From a virus (taxonomy: Duplodnaviria; Caudoviricetes): 25,953 nt of DNA. The notes beneath the pieces are model-generated. The model was not told the origin of the DNA and did not search any database. It saw only the letters and a list, made by a program, of their open reading frames with translations. Positions within the stretch are counted from its first letter, which is position 1. The number at the start of each line of letters is the position of its first letter. The stretch is from the IMG/VR virus record IMGVR_UViG_3300032253_000143, positions 1-25,953 of that record. One strand, given 5' to 3'. This document shows, piece by piece, positions 7,459 to 15,382 of this stretch. A program made the translations under genes and the position numbers.

Positions 7459-7668
7459 ATGTTAAATGTGAATTATGTAGAACCAGAGCTATGCGAATTG
7501 TGTGGTGTTCATCATGAGCCAGAATATCCTCACGAGATAAATGCAACCTATAATTTTAGATTTTTTAATAAATATAAACGTCAACCAAAAGCCGAAGACA
7601 GCTACTCACATTGCAAAGGACTTATTTTTGAATGTGCTGAAATAGTATTTAAAGAAAAGCTTAATTAG
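7459..7668 (+). CDS. Small Cys/His-rich hypothetical protein (possible metal binding)
   Basis: CELCGVHHEPEYPH...YSHC. Starts immediately after the rep stop codon. Confidence 0.7.
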   Translation: MLNVNYVEPELCELCGVHHEPEYPHEINATYNFRFFNKYKRQPKAEDSYSHCKGLIFECAEIVFKEKLN

Positions 7669-7760
7669 GTGATCGCCCAGCCAGCGGTGGCGGTATCAGT
7701 AACACTGGCAGCAGGGGCTTTGTTCCTCAAGTCATCCTTTCAGAGTGACCTTGCCGGTTG

Positions 7761-7784
7761 ACCCACGAAACGGGTTTTTCTTTT
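7761..7784 (+). terminator. Possible intrinsic terminator/attenuator upstream of the 7808 ORF
   Basis: ACCC-ACGAAAC-GGGT followed by TTTTCTTTT. The stem is short. Confidence 0.45.
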
Positions 7785-7807
7785 ACAACTTATTTGAGGT
7801 GGAGACC

Positions 7808-8236
7808 ATGAATACACAAAGTGAAAAACAGAAAGAAGAAATGCTTAGTCATTTAAGAGAGAACATGGAAAAAGTCAAAAGGCATTATGCCGCAGCACCT
7901 GCGAATTTTCTTCAGGCATGGAAAGAAGCAGTAATTAAAATTGGCACCGGCTATTTTCAAACGCAAAGAGGCTACACCATGCCAATAGAGGCTGCGGCTG
8001 CGACAGACAAGTGGCAACTAATTCCTAATATCGACGCAATGGAGAATCGCCTTGGACTTTGCAGCGTCGGAGAGGGTGTTTTTATGGCCGCCGTCCTTAG
8101 TTTTTATAACAGTGAGATTAGTGAGAATTTTATGCACCACTATCAAATGTTTGGAATAGGTGATGTAGCTAATCGATTGGATTTAGATGAAGCAGATATT
8201 ATTTCTCGCTTAATGCTTAACCATACAGGGTGGTAA
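7808..8236 (+). CDS. Conserved hypothetical protein
   Basis: ATG 7808 is preceded by a strong GAGGTGGAG RBS, so it is preferred over the 7745 GTG. Motifs FLQAWKEAV, KWQLIPN, GEGVFMAAVLSFYN, LMLNHTGW. Confidence 0.75.
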   Translation: MNTQSEKQKEEMLSHLRENMEKVKRHYAAAPANFLQAWKEAVIKIGTGYFQTQRGYTMPIEAAAATDKWQLIPNIDAMENRLGLCSVGEGVFMAAVLSFYNSEISENFMHHYQMFGIGDVANRLDLDEADIISRLMLNHTGW

Positions 8237-8238
8237 TA

Positions 8239-8526
8239 ATGCCTGGAAAACATTACATCGATACCAGTTCGCCTGACAGTAATTTTTCAATGCCTGATAT
8301 TGGTGTTGATTATAAAAGCTGGCTTTTAAGTAAATATGAAAAATCAGTCATGGAGCAAGACGGGCAACCCGCTTTTTATGGCGTTGCTCAGCAAATTAAT
8401 CATTTGATATTTGAAGCGAAAGAAAACGAACATCAAATTATTGCATTTGGGCAACATGCCAGAGAAGCCGCAGCAGTAATAAATGAACTTTCTCATGGGT
8501 TAGTTACGGTGGAGGTGGTGAAATGA
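8239..8526 (+). CDS. Hypothetical phage protein
   Basis: ATG two bases after the previous stop. Coupled to the next small ORF via an ATGA overlap. Confidence 0.65.
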   Translation: MPGKHYIDTSSPDSNFSMPDIGVDYKSWLLSKYEKSVMEQDGQPAFYGVAQQINHLIFEAKENEHQIIAFGQHAREAAAVINELSHGLVTVEVVK

Positions 8527-8702
8527 GCGATTTAAGTTGTTGGGACTGTGAGCATTTATTAATTGCACAGGAAGGTTGGCACTGCAAAAAACATCTAGAG
8601 TGGTATACCGAAGAAACAGATGTGGATGATGCTTTTATGAGATTCAAAACAAATAAACAATGTATGTTTTTTGAAAGGGCATTCTTTGAGGTGGTGAAAT
8701 GA
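8523..8702 (+). CDS. Small Cys-motif protein, paralog 1 (59 aa, not in the ORF track)
   Basis: MSDLSCWDCEHLLIAQEGWHCKKHLEWYTEETDVDDAFMRFKTNKQCMFFERAFFEVVK*. GAGGTG RBS and ATGA coupling at both ends. Confidence 0.7.
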   Translation: MSDLSCWDCEHLLIAQEGWHCKKHLEWYTEETDVDDAFMRFKTNKQCMFFERAFFEVVK

Positions 8703-8882
8703 TAGGTACTTGTTGGGATTGTGAGGCCTTGGAGGCCACTGTTGGTGGTTGGCACTGCCTTTTTCATAATGTTTTTCTTCATGAACAAGTTAAGCCAGGT
8801 GATGTTGGTCGTGGTGGTGATGGATCGAAGTAAAATACCCTTCTGCACCAGTAAGAAAAATAAATATAACGGTGAGGTTTGA
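8699..8882 (+). pseudogene. Small Cys-motif protein, paralog 2, apparently frameshifted
   Basis: MIGTCWDCEALEATVGGWHCLFHNVF... stops at 8833. The +1 frame continues ...MDRSKIPFCTSKKNKYNGEV* to TGA 8880-8882, supplies the fourth Cys and ends just before the next ATG. Confidence 0.5.
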
Positions 8883-8885
8883 ACA

Positions 8886-9755
8886 ATGAAACATTGGACA
8901 AGCATTTTAATTATTACTATCTCCGCATTATTAATGCAGTGGCATAGCGTTGCGTTTTGGTTTGAGTATACCGGTTATACCGGTGTGGGTTTTTCCCTGG
9001 CATTGGAAGTGGTGGCTCTTTGGTTATGGTGGCAAGGTAGAACGTGGTTAGCGGTGGTGGCTTCATTATTACTTGTTGCTGGTCCTTTGTTTCAGCTTTC
9101 TGCACCCGTGATGGAAACATTAACCCGTAATAACACTAATAAAATATTAATTTCGAGTTATGAGAATGAAATAAAACAATTAACATCTTCGCTAAATCAA
9201 TATGATTCTAATAGTAATAAACGAATAGGGTGGTCTTCACGCATTGACAGGGCGCAGCACGATCTCTCTCAAGCCCGTTCTAAGTTGAGGACGCTCTTGG
9301 CGGTTAAACCTCCAGAAACGTCTCAGCGGCTTTATATGGTTGTTTTAATGCAGGCACTTGCCTTGTTGGTGATTATGCGGTCACAAATTATCGCCGTAAA
9401 AGAATTACCGCTTGTTACGGAAAATAGATCGAAACAACCGAAATTACAAAAAGGATCGAAACAAGAAAATACTATAGAGAGTTCAGACACATCTAGATTA
9501 GTTAGAATTAACGGACAGATTAAACGGGTAACAGCATTAAATGATTTTGATAATCGTGTTATTGCGGTTGCTGAAAAAATGAAAAAACAATTGCCATCAT
9601 ATAACGGTAAACAAAGAAGGTTAGCTGATGATATAAACGTAAGACCTGCCGACATATCAATGGCTTTCAGGCACAAAGAAAAAAAAGAAGCTGGAAAAGA
9701 AATAGTTTCCGAAAGTGCTTTAATTAGGATGGAACAGGCAATGGCAAAAATATGA
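8886..9755 (+). CDS. Membrane protein with coiled coil and possible C-terminal HTH
   Basis: Three N-terminal hydrophobic segments, a heptad-like region, a fourth hydrophobic segment (LYMVVLMQALALLVIM) and a C-terminal KQRRLADDINVRPADISMAF HTH-like motif. Confidence 0.7.
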   Translation: MKHWTSILIITISALLMQWHSVAFWFEYTGYTGVGFSLALEVVALWLWWQGRTWLAVVASLLLVAGPLFQLSAPVMETLTRNNTNKILISSYENEIKQLTSSLNQYDSNSNKRIGWSSRIDRAQHDLSQARSKLRTLLAVKPPETSQRLYMVVLMQALALLVIMRSQIIAVKELPLVTENRSKQPKLQKGSKQENTIESSDTSRLVRINGQIKRVTALNDFDNRVIAVAEKMKKQLPSYNGKQRRLADDINVRPADISMAFRHKEKKEAGKEIVSESALIRMEQAMAKI

Positions 9756-9786
9756 GTGAAATTAATGTATTCTTCAGAGGTGAATT

Positions 9787-10035
9787 ATGAGTAAGTCTAA
9801 TTACTTAAAAAAAGGTTTTGATAAAAACGCAGAGTGCTTCGACGGATTAATGATGGAGGCGAGAGAACACATGGGTGATATGGAAGAACGCCTAGCCACT
9901 ATTGTAAAAATCCTCGATGAGGGTGTTGATATGGATAACTTAACGTATGATTTTCAAGCAGTAAATCAAGTTCACAGGATTGCTTATTGTGGCACTTTTC
10001 CAAAAATAACCAAGCATCACGATACTGAAATTTAA
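9787..10035 (+). CDS. Hypothetical phage protein
   Basis: 82-aa ORF with a GAGGTG RBS. Confidence 0.65.
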   Translation: MSKSNYLKKGFDKNAECFDGLMMEAREHMGDMEERLATIVKILDEGVDMDNLTYDFQAVNQVHRIAYCGTFPKITKHHDTEI

Positions 10036-10053
10036 TATTACCTGGGGGAAGGT

Positions 10054-10647
10054 ATGGAAACAGATAAAAGATATCCATTGTGCTGGCCTGATGGTTGGCC
10101 AAGAACGAATAATTCTAAAATTACACATTCGTCATTTCGAGTGACTCAAGATAGCGCACAAAATAATTTGCTGGCTGAGTTAAAGCGTCTGGGCGCAAAA
10201 GAAATTATTATATCAACCAATATCCGTTTGCGTAACGATGGTTTACCATATGCCAGCCAACGCCCACCAGAGGACAAGGGTGTTGCTATTTATTTCAAGT
10301 ATAAAAAACGTGAAATGGTTTTTGCGTGTGACAAATACACGATTGTAGGTGATAACATTCATGCTATAGGTAAGACTATCGAAGCGTTACGCGGTATAGA
10401 GCGCTGGGGTGCTTCGGATATGTTAGAGCGTGCTTTTACAGGCTTTGAAGCCCTGCCCTCTCCTGATAACGCTGGTGGAGCCCGATGGCAAGATGTTTTA
10501 CAGGTGGGTAACACTTACACGCTGGATGAAGTTGAGCGTAACTTTAAGCTATTAGCGAAAGAACATCATCCGGATAATGACGGTAACGCCGATCAATTCG
10601 ATTTGCTGGTTAAAGCACGAGACCAGGCTAGACAGGAGTTAAAGTAA
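10054..10647 (+). CDS. Phage J-domain (DnaJ-type) protein
   Basis: C-terminal WQDVLQV...VERNFKLLAKEHHPDNDG..DQFDLLVKARDQA with an intact HPD motif. N-terminal YPLCWPDGWPRT domain typical of this phage family. Confidence 0.88.
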   Translation: METDKRYPLCWPDGWPRTNNSKITHSSFRVTQDSAQNNLLAELKRLGAKEIIISTNIRLRNDGLPYASQRPPEDKGVAIYFKYKKREMVFACDKYTIVGDNIHAIGKTIEALRGIERWGASDMLERAFTGFEALPSPDNAGGARWQDVLQVGNTYTLDEVERNFKLLAKEHHPDNDGNADQFDLLVKARDQARQELK

Positions 10648-10649
10648 TA

Positions 10650-11075
10650 ATGAAAAAATTTATATTAATAACATTACTGATTATTTCATTTTCAGCAATA
10701 GCAAAAACAAACTATGGTGCTGCCCTGGTCTCGGAGGTTGTTTCAGTTTATGACGCGGATACTTTTCGCGTAAATATTAAAGGTTGGCCAGCGGTGGTTG
10801 GGTTGAATATGCCTGTTAGAGTGAATGGCATTGATGCTGCTGAAATTCGCGGTAAATGTCCTGAAGAAAAATCCCTGGCTAAACAAGCGAGATTATTTAC
10901 GGTTAATTTCCTGAAGGGTGGAACCGTTGAACTTCATAATATTACACGAGGTTATTATTTTAGATTTGCTGCTGATGTTTTTGTTAATGGAAAAAGCCTT
11001 GGTGATGCATTAATTAAAGCAGGGCATGCACGGTTTTATGATGGGAAAAGTAAACGGGCGGAGTGGTGTAAATAA
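10650..11075 (+). CDS. Secreted thermonuclease (SNase-family)
   Basis: Signal peptide MKKFILITLLIISFSAIA. Motifs VVSVYDADTF, VRVNGIDAAE, RGYYFRFAADVFVNG and LIKAGHAR. Confidence 0.9.
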   Translation: MKKFILITLLIISFSAIAKTNYGAALVSEVVSVYDADTFRVNIKGWPAVVGLNMPVRVNGIDAAEIRGKCPEEKSLAKQARLFTVNFLKGGTVELHNITRGYYFRFAADVFVNGKSLGDALIKAGHARFYDGKSKRAEWCK

Positions 11076-11305
11076 TGCTTATTGATTTAATACCAACTGA
11101 AAAATTACCGTGGATTATTGTTTGGATAGATTGGAACATTTATGCGTTCTGGCCAAGCATGGTTGCTTCAGTAATATTTTTTACTACACATTACTGGATA
11201 AAGATGCCATACCATTCATTTGAAGGTATTTCTTTAGCAGTATTTGTTGGGTTTTGTGCATGGATTGCATCATGTGCGGTTCGCTATGGGTATGCTGTTG
11301 GATAA
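11075..11305 (+). CDS. Small membrane protein
   Basis: 76 aa with two hydrophobic segments. TAATG coupling to the nuclease gene. Confidence 0.6.
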   Translation: MLIDLIPTEKLPWIIVWIDWNIYAFWPSMVASVIFFTTHYWIKMPYHSFEGISLAVFVGFCAWIASCAVRYGYAVG

Positions 11306-11381
11306 AAAATTAAATCAGCAGACAATATTGTATATACTGCTAAAGCTGCATAACAGAGGTTATATGTTTTGAGGAGAAAAT

Positions 11382-11552
11382 ATGATAGCAAGTGAACTTA
11401 TTAAAATTTTAGAGAAAAGACCGGATGCTGAGGTTCTTGTGATTGTCGGGAAAGATAAGAAAACTTATGTTATCGATGAAACAACCCACGCCATGGCTCA
11501 CACGGTATTTCTAATAGGAAATAAAACCCCATTTGAAGCTGATAATCTATAA
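11382..11552 (+). CDS. Small hypothetical protein (56 aa, not in the ORF track)
   Basis: GAGGAG RBS. MIASELIKILEKRPDAEVLVIVGKDKKTYVIDETTHAMAHTVFLIGNKTPFEADNL* resembles the common phage MTVxELIxxL..P..AEV pattern. Confidence 0.7.
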   Translation: MIASELIKILEKRPDAEVLVIVGKDKKTYVIDETTHAMAHTVFLIGNKTPFEADNL

Positions 11553-11568
11553 CAACTGATATGATGCC

Positions 11569-11826
11569 TTAAGCCTTAAAAAAATCACCCTGCATTAAAG
11601 CCTGCCTCTCTTTAATGGGCAGGTTTTTTATTAAAGAGGCAGCGAGTTCTTGTGTTGATTTAATGGGTGGGTTGAGGTCGTGCTTATGGCTGAGAGTGAA
11701 TACGAATGATGCGCCACAGTCGGGAATGTTTGTGCATTGGCCATATATATCTTTAACCGATGCTGATAGTGTGTTTGATGATGTTATTACTGCTTTACTT
11801 AAGCAGTGTGGGCAATCTAAGCGCAT
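11569..11826 (-). CDS. ogr: Ogr/Delta-family late-gene activator
   Basis: CPHC...AVITSS...DIYGQCTNIPDCGASFV is the C2C2 zinc-finger pattern of the P2 Ogr family. Confidence 0.92.
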   Translation of the reverse strand: MRLDCPHCLSKAVITSSNTLSASVKDIYGQCTNIPDCGASFVFTLSHKHDLNPPIKSTQELAASLIKNLPIKERQALMQGDFFKA

Positions 11827-11885
11827 ACTTTCCCTCTATGTTTTTATTAGTCTAGCAAAAACAGCGAGTTATACAAAGTAATGAG

Positions 11886-12077
11886 TTATTTTTTGTATTT
11901 GGATAATCCATGATCATTTATATATTTGTGATATGTCATGTAGTCATGCTTACTTATAATGCTGACACTAAAAAAAAGCCATCCGATACGGAGGATTTTT
12001 CCTGAGCCAATCTTTCCTTTAAATTTAAATGGTTTTATTAATAGGGGAGGAGCAGCTATTTCAAAAAAAATTAACAC
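11886..12077 (-). CDS. Small hypothetical protein
   Basis: 63-aa ORF in line between portal and ogr on the same strand. Confidence 0.45.
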   Translation of the reverse strand: MLIFFEIAAPPLLIKPFKFKGKIGSGKILRIGWLFFSVSIISKHDYMTYHKYINDHGLSKYKK

Positions 12078-12081
12078 TTTA

Positions 12082-12273
12082 TTATTCCTTTTTTTTGTTA
12101 AAAATTTTAGAGATTGAAATGCAAAAGGCCGCTTTAAGATCTTGTGTTGCTATACCAATATTTACGGATGCTTCGCCAAGCGAGCCTTTCAGCTCTTTTT
12201 TTATCTGCTCGTCGGTTACATCTTCAGGTAATTTGTAATATTCCCTAACGCCATCAATTGTTTTTTTATCCAT
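12082..12273 (-). CDS. Small hypothetical protein
   Basis: 63-aa ORF downstream of portal on the same strand, with plausible composition. Confidence 0.55.
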   Translation of the reverse strand: MDKKTIDGVREYYKLPEDVTDEQIKKELKGSLGEASVNIGIATQDLKAAFCISISKIFNKKKE

Positions 12274-12314
12274 ACAATTATTCTACTGTATCGAGAACAG
12301 TAAAACTACATATC

Positions 12315-13322
12315 TTAATTATTATCTTCGTGCCACTTGGGTTCTTTAAAGCGTACTGCATTTGCGCCCAGGAATTCATTTAGTTCCAAGAAGGGCTGTT
12401 GCATCGCGCCTATTTCCAGTTCGTGATACACCTCCATGATTTTTTTAATATCACCATAGCCACCGGTGTTTTCTGCCATCACACCAGAGAGGCCAGCTTG
12501 CATGCGGTGCATGGATAGCATTTCTTCTTTTGTGATGTTCTTCACACGCTCAAATTCATCTTTTGTTGATATATCACCTACGGGGATTATTTCAACAGGT
12601 TTTCTTGCGCTGGTTTTCCCTATATTAATATAAAGTGATCGGAAATTACCTGGTCCTTTTGAGGCGCGTACTTTTTCTTCTATTTTTTTGGCTGTGTCAT
12701 CATCGAGATCGGCGTCATTGGTTAATAAGATATAACCCATGTGAGCACCGTTAGAATAATACTTACGGCGAAACAGTCCGGCTTCTTCACTTAATAGCAC
12801 TGACTGTATGCCGCCCACGTATTCAGGCATGCCATAAATTTCTTGCATGACATCTGGCTCTTTAATGTGAATGACTTCATCTTTTTTAAATTCGATTGTG
12901 CTGCCATCGTTTTTAAGTTTAAAAAATTGACCAGGTTCTTTTCCTCTACGCATTGATACTGCAGGTAAGCGTTCGGTTCTAACCACTGTTCCAAAATGGT
13001 TTTTAAACTTCTGGAAATACATGTTGCCAAACACGCCATAGTCGAGCGCAGCTTTTTGAAGCGATGCATAGGTAACTAATTTTGATGGAATGAACCATTT
13101 TAAAACCATGTTCTTTTTAAAATGTAGTATCGGGCCATGATGTGCGTTGGCAGACATTAAATTAGCAAGCCCGGTTAAACTCACTGGTGGACGATAATAT
13201 TCACCATGAACATCAAGATATGTGCCTAAATAATCCAGCGGGTTATTGGTTAAAATAGGTTCTGGATCACCAAATTCAAAAACGTGACTGGCTGATGGTT
13301 GCGTTGCTATATTTTCTGACAT
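12315..13322 (-). CDS. Portal protein (PBSX family, P2 gpQ-like)
   Basis: FEFGDPEPIL, YYRPPVS..GLA, QEIYGMPEY.GG, FRRKYY.NGAHMGYI, KGPGNFRSLYIN, KDEF. Confidence 0.95.
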   Translation of the reverse strand: MSENIATQPSASHVFEFGDPEPILTNNPLDYLGTYLDVHGEYYRPPVSLTGLANLMSANAHHGPILHFKKNMVLKWFIPSKLVTYASLQKAALDYGVFGNMYFQKFKNHFGTVVRTERLPAVSMRRGKEPGQFFKLKNDGSTIEFKKDEVIHIKEPDVMQEIYGMPEYVGGIQSVLLSEEAGLFRRKYYSNGAHMGYILLTNDADLDDDTAKKIEEKVRASKGPGNFRSLYINIGKTSARKPVEIIPVGDISTKDEFERVKNITKEEMLSMHRMQAGLSGVMAENTGGYGDIKKIMEVYHELEIGAMQQPFLELNEFLGANAVRFKEPKWHEDNN

Positions 13323-13341
13323 AATTATTTCCCGATTTATT

Positions 13342-15159
13342 TTAGTCGCTCATTACTACACTGGATTTTTTGCGTGGCACCAGGTCTTCATAGTTAAGTG
13401 CATGCATAACACCCCAGGCTACGTCTGCATGTCCTGTGGTGTTTGATCGGTTTGCGGCATAGGTTATTTGACCTGATGGTGTTGATGTTTTACTTATCAT
13501 CATAAATGCTTGAGTCACTTCTTTGTCACCGGCACTGTATTCAAAGCGTCCATTTTCAACAACGTCTAATGCTTTTAAAACCAGCTCTGTTTTTGTTTGT
13601 ATGGAGTAGTTTATTGGCGTGGCTCTTCTGAAGAACTTCTCTACCATTTCAAAAACACCATAACCGATTCCGGTAATATCTATGCCAATGTGTTTAACAT
13701 TATGGCTTTCCGTTATTTCTTTTATTCTATTGGCCTGGTATTGAAAGTTCACCCCGTGATAGCTTTCTTTTTTAAGCAGCCGCCATTTGTCAGTTGCCTT
13801 TAATGGTATGGCCATAATAACAATAGAGGCATTGTCTCGAGTACGTGATGGATCATAACCGAGCGCAATCGGGCGATTACCAAATGGCATTGCTGCATCT
13901 GGGTTGTAGTCTGTCCAGGTCTCGGAGTCGACCATGCAGGCAATAAGCTTTGATAATGTAAACACGCTCATTGCATCATCGATGAATTTGCACATAAACA
14001 AATTATCGAAGTCATCTTTGCTGTATTCTATTTCGAGTTCATCGATGTCAAATAAATCACAGCCTTGTGCTTCTGCATCTTTAACGGTAACAATATGCCG
14101 CCATATTTTGTCTTCACCCAAAGAACCGTCTTTAAGTGTTTTATGGCTTAAATCAAATTCAACCTGGTTTTTCTCTGACCGGTTTTTATTAAATTTTTCA
14201 CCTGACCACATTAAATAGGCCTGGTGAGACATGGCAGAGGGTGTAGAAAATAAAGTCCGGCGCCATTTTTTGTGGGCTGACATACCAGAGGCGACTTTCC
14301 ACAGTTTTTCAAAGTGTGGTATCCAGAAAACTTCATCTACATATAAGTGGCCATGGTAGGACTGTGCGGTTCGTGAGTTGGTTGATAAGAAACGTATCTC
14401 TGCACCATTAGAAAGAATAATGACACCTTGGCCTTTTAACTCAACGTCAAAGTGTTCTTGTGCTATTGCAATAATATAAGCTTTGAATACTTCCGCCTGG
14501 TCACGGGAGGCGGATAAAAATATCTGGTTATCACCCGTTAGAACAGCATCCTCAAACGCTTCATAAGCAAAGTAATAGGTTGCACCAATTTGTCGAGACT
14601 TTAATATAAAACGATTACGTTTTGTTACTGCTATACATTTTGTTTTATGCCAAAGTAATTGGTATTCAAAGAAATGATTTTTTCTAAACTCATCCAGCAT
14701 TTCTTCTGTAATGCCAGAGATATCATTCTTTGGTGCTTTTTTGCGTGAGCGTTTTTTCTTTTTAGCCTGGTCTTTGTTTAGGTCTTGTTGAGTTGGCATC
14801 GAGTCTAAAAATTCAGGCGGTATATAACCGCCACCGGCTACAAACTTTGCTTCTGCTTGTAATTTGTCTGCTTTAGCCAGGTTAATTCTTAAGTCACCAA
14901 ACGTTACAGCGAGTCGTGATAGCTCTTCAACTTCTGCCGGCGTTTTGTTTTCTCGCTCTGCGAGTATATTTATTCGACGGGCAATGCTCTGTTCAACCGT
15001 GTCGGGTGGAGAGAACAGCTCCCACTGTTCATTGGTGATCCAATTATAAAGTGTACGCTCGTTTACTTTTGTGTCTTTGTGAATCTCAGAGACCGTCCAC
15101 CCTTTAATAAAGAGTCGTTTGCAGGTTTCTTTTATTTCTTTTGAATATCGAACGGCCAT
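13342..15159 (-). CDS. Terminase ATPase subunit (P2 gpP-like)
   Basis: RFILKSRQIGATYYFA, NQIFLSAS, TAQSYHGHLYVDEVFWI, FSTPS, GYDPSR and GHADVAWG, plus an N-terminal HTH. Confidence 0.96.
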   Translation of the reverse strand: MAVRYSKEIKETCKRLFIKGWTVSEIHKDTKVNERTLYNWITNEQWELFSPPDTVEQSIARRINILAERENKTPAEVEELSRLAVTFGDLRINLAKADKLQAEAKFVAGGGYIPPEFLDSMPTQQDLNKDQAKKKKRSRKKAPKNDISGITEEMLDEFRKNHFFEYQLLWHKTKCIAVTKRNRFILKSRQIGATYYFAYEAFEDAVLTGDNQIFLSASRDQAEVFKAYIIAIAQEHFDVELKGQGVIILSNGAEIRFLSTNSRTAQSYHGHLYVDEVFWIPHFEKLWKVASGMSAHKKWRRTLFSTPSAMSHQAYLMWSGEKFNKNRSEKNQVEFDLSHKTLKDGSLGEDKIWRHIVTVKDAEAQGCDLFDIDELEIEYSKDDFDNLFMCKFIDDAMSVFTLSKLIACMVDSETWTDYNPDAAMPFGNRPIALGYDPSRTRDNASIVIMAIPLKATDKWRLLKKESYHGVNFQYQANRIKEITESHNVKHIGIDITGIGYGVFEMVEKFFRRATPINYSIQTKTELVLKALDVVENGRFEYSAGDKEVTQAFMMISKTSTPSGQITYAANRSNTTGHADVAWGVMHALNYEDLVPRKKSSVVMSD

Positions 15160-15193
15160 ATTTTCGCTTTGATTGTTCTTTTTTATTAAGTTG

Positions 15194-15317
15194 ACCTTAT
15201 TTTAGGTGTCGAAAAATTAAAATTAACCCTTTGCCGTTTTTAGGAATTCCTAGATTGCTTTCATAGGTTTAGACAGGATTGCTTTGCGTTGAACACATGA
15301 TTTTTAACACCTAAAAT
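15194..15317. promoter_or_regulatory. Divergent late promoter region (P/O)
   Basis: Inverted ATTTTAGGTGT (15199-15209) / ACACCTAAAAT (15307-15317), each giving a TAAAAT -10-like box toward P or O. Palindrome TAGGAATTCCTA (15241-15252). Direct repeat GATTGCTTT (15253-15261, 15277-15285). Confidence 0.65.
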
Positions 15318-15382
15318 TTTCACAGCTAGTAACACAAACACCAAAAAACAGGTGATTAAAAAATGAATGGGATTTTAGTTTA

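Noticed and set aside
7669-7790. Known riboswitch or C4 antisense RNA
   Set aside because: Could not match the consensus of ZTP, fluoride, c-di-GMP or C4 RNAs by eye. Kept only as an unassigned structured leader.
7745-7807. N-terminal extension of the 163-aa ORF
   Set aside because: It runs through a hairpin and T tract, and the strong RBS precedes ATG 7808.
8504-8905. 133-aa minus-strand ORF
   Set aside because: Antisense to two RBS-bearing, translationally coupled plus-strand mini-genes that fit the operon.
11306-12314. cos site expected between the early region and portal
   Set aside because: No P2-like GC-rich cos sequence recognised. The ACAATATTGT palindrome and AGCAG/CTGCT stem near 11317-11341 are too weak to call.
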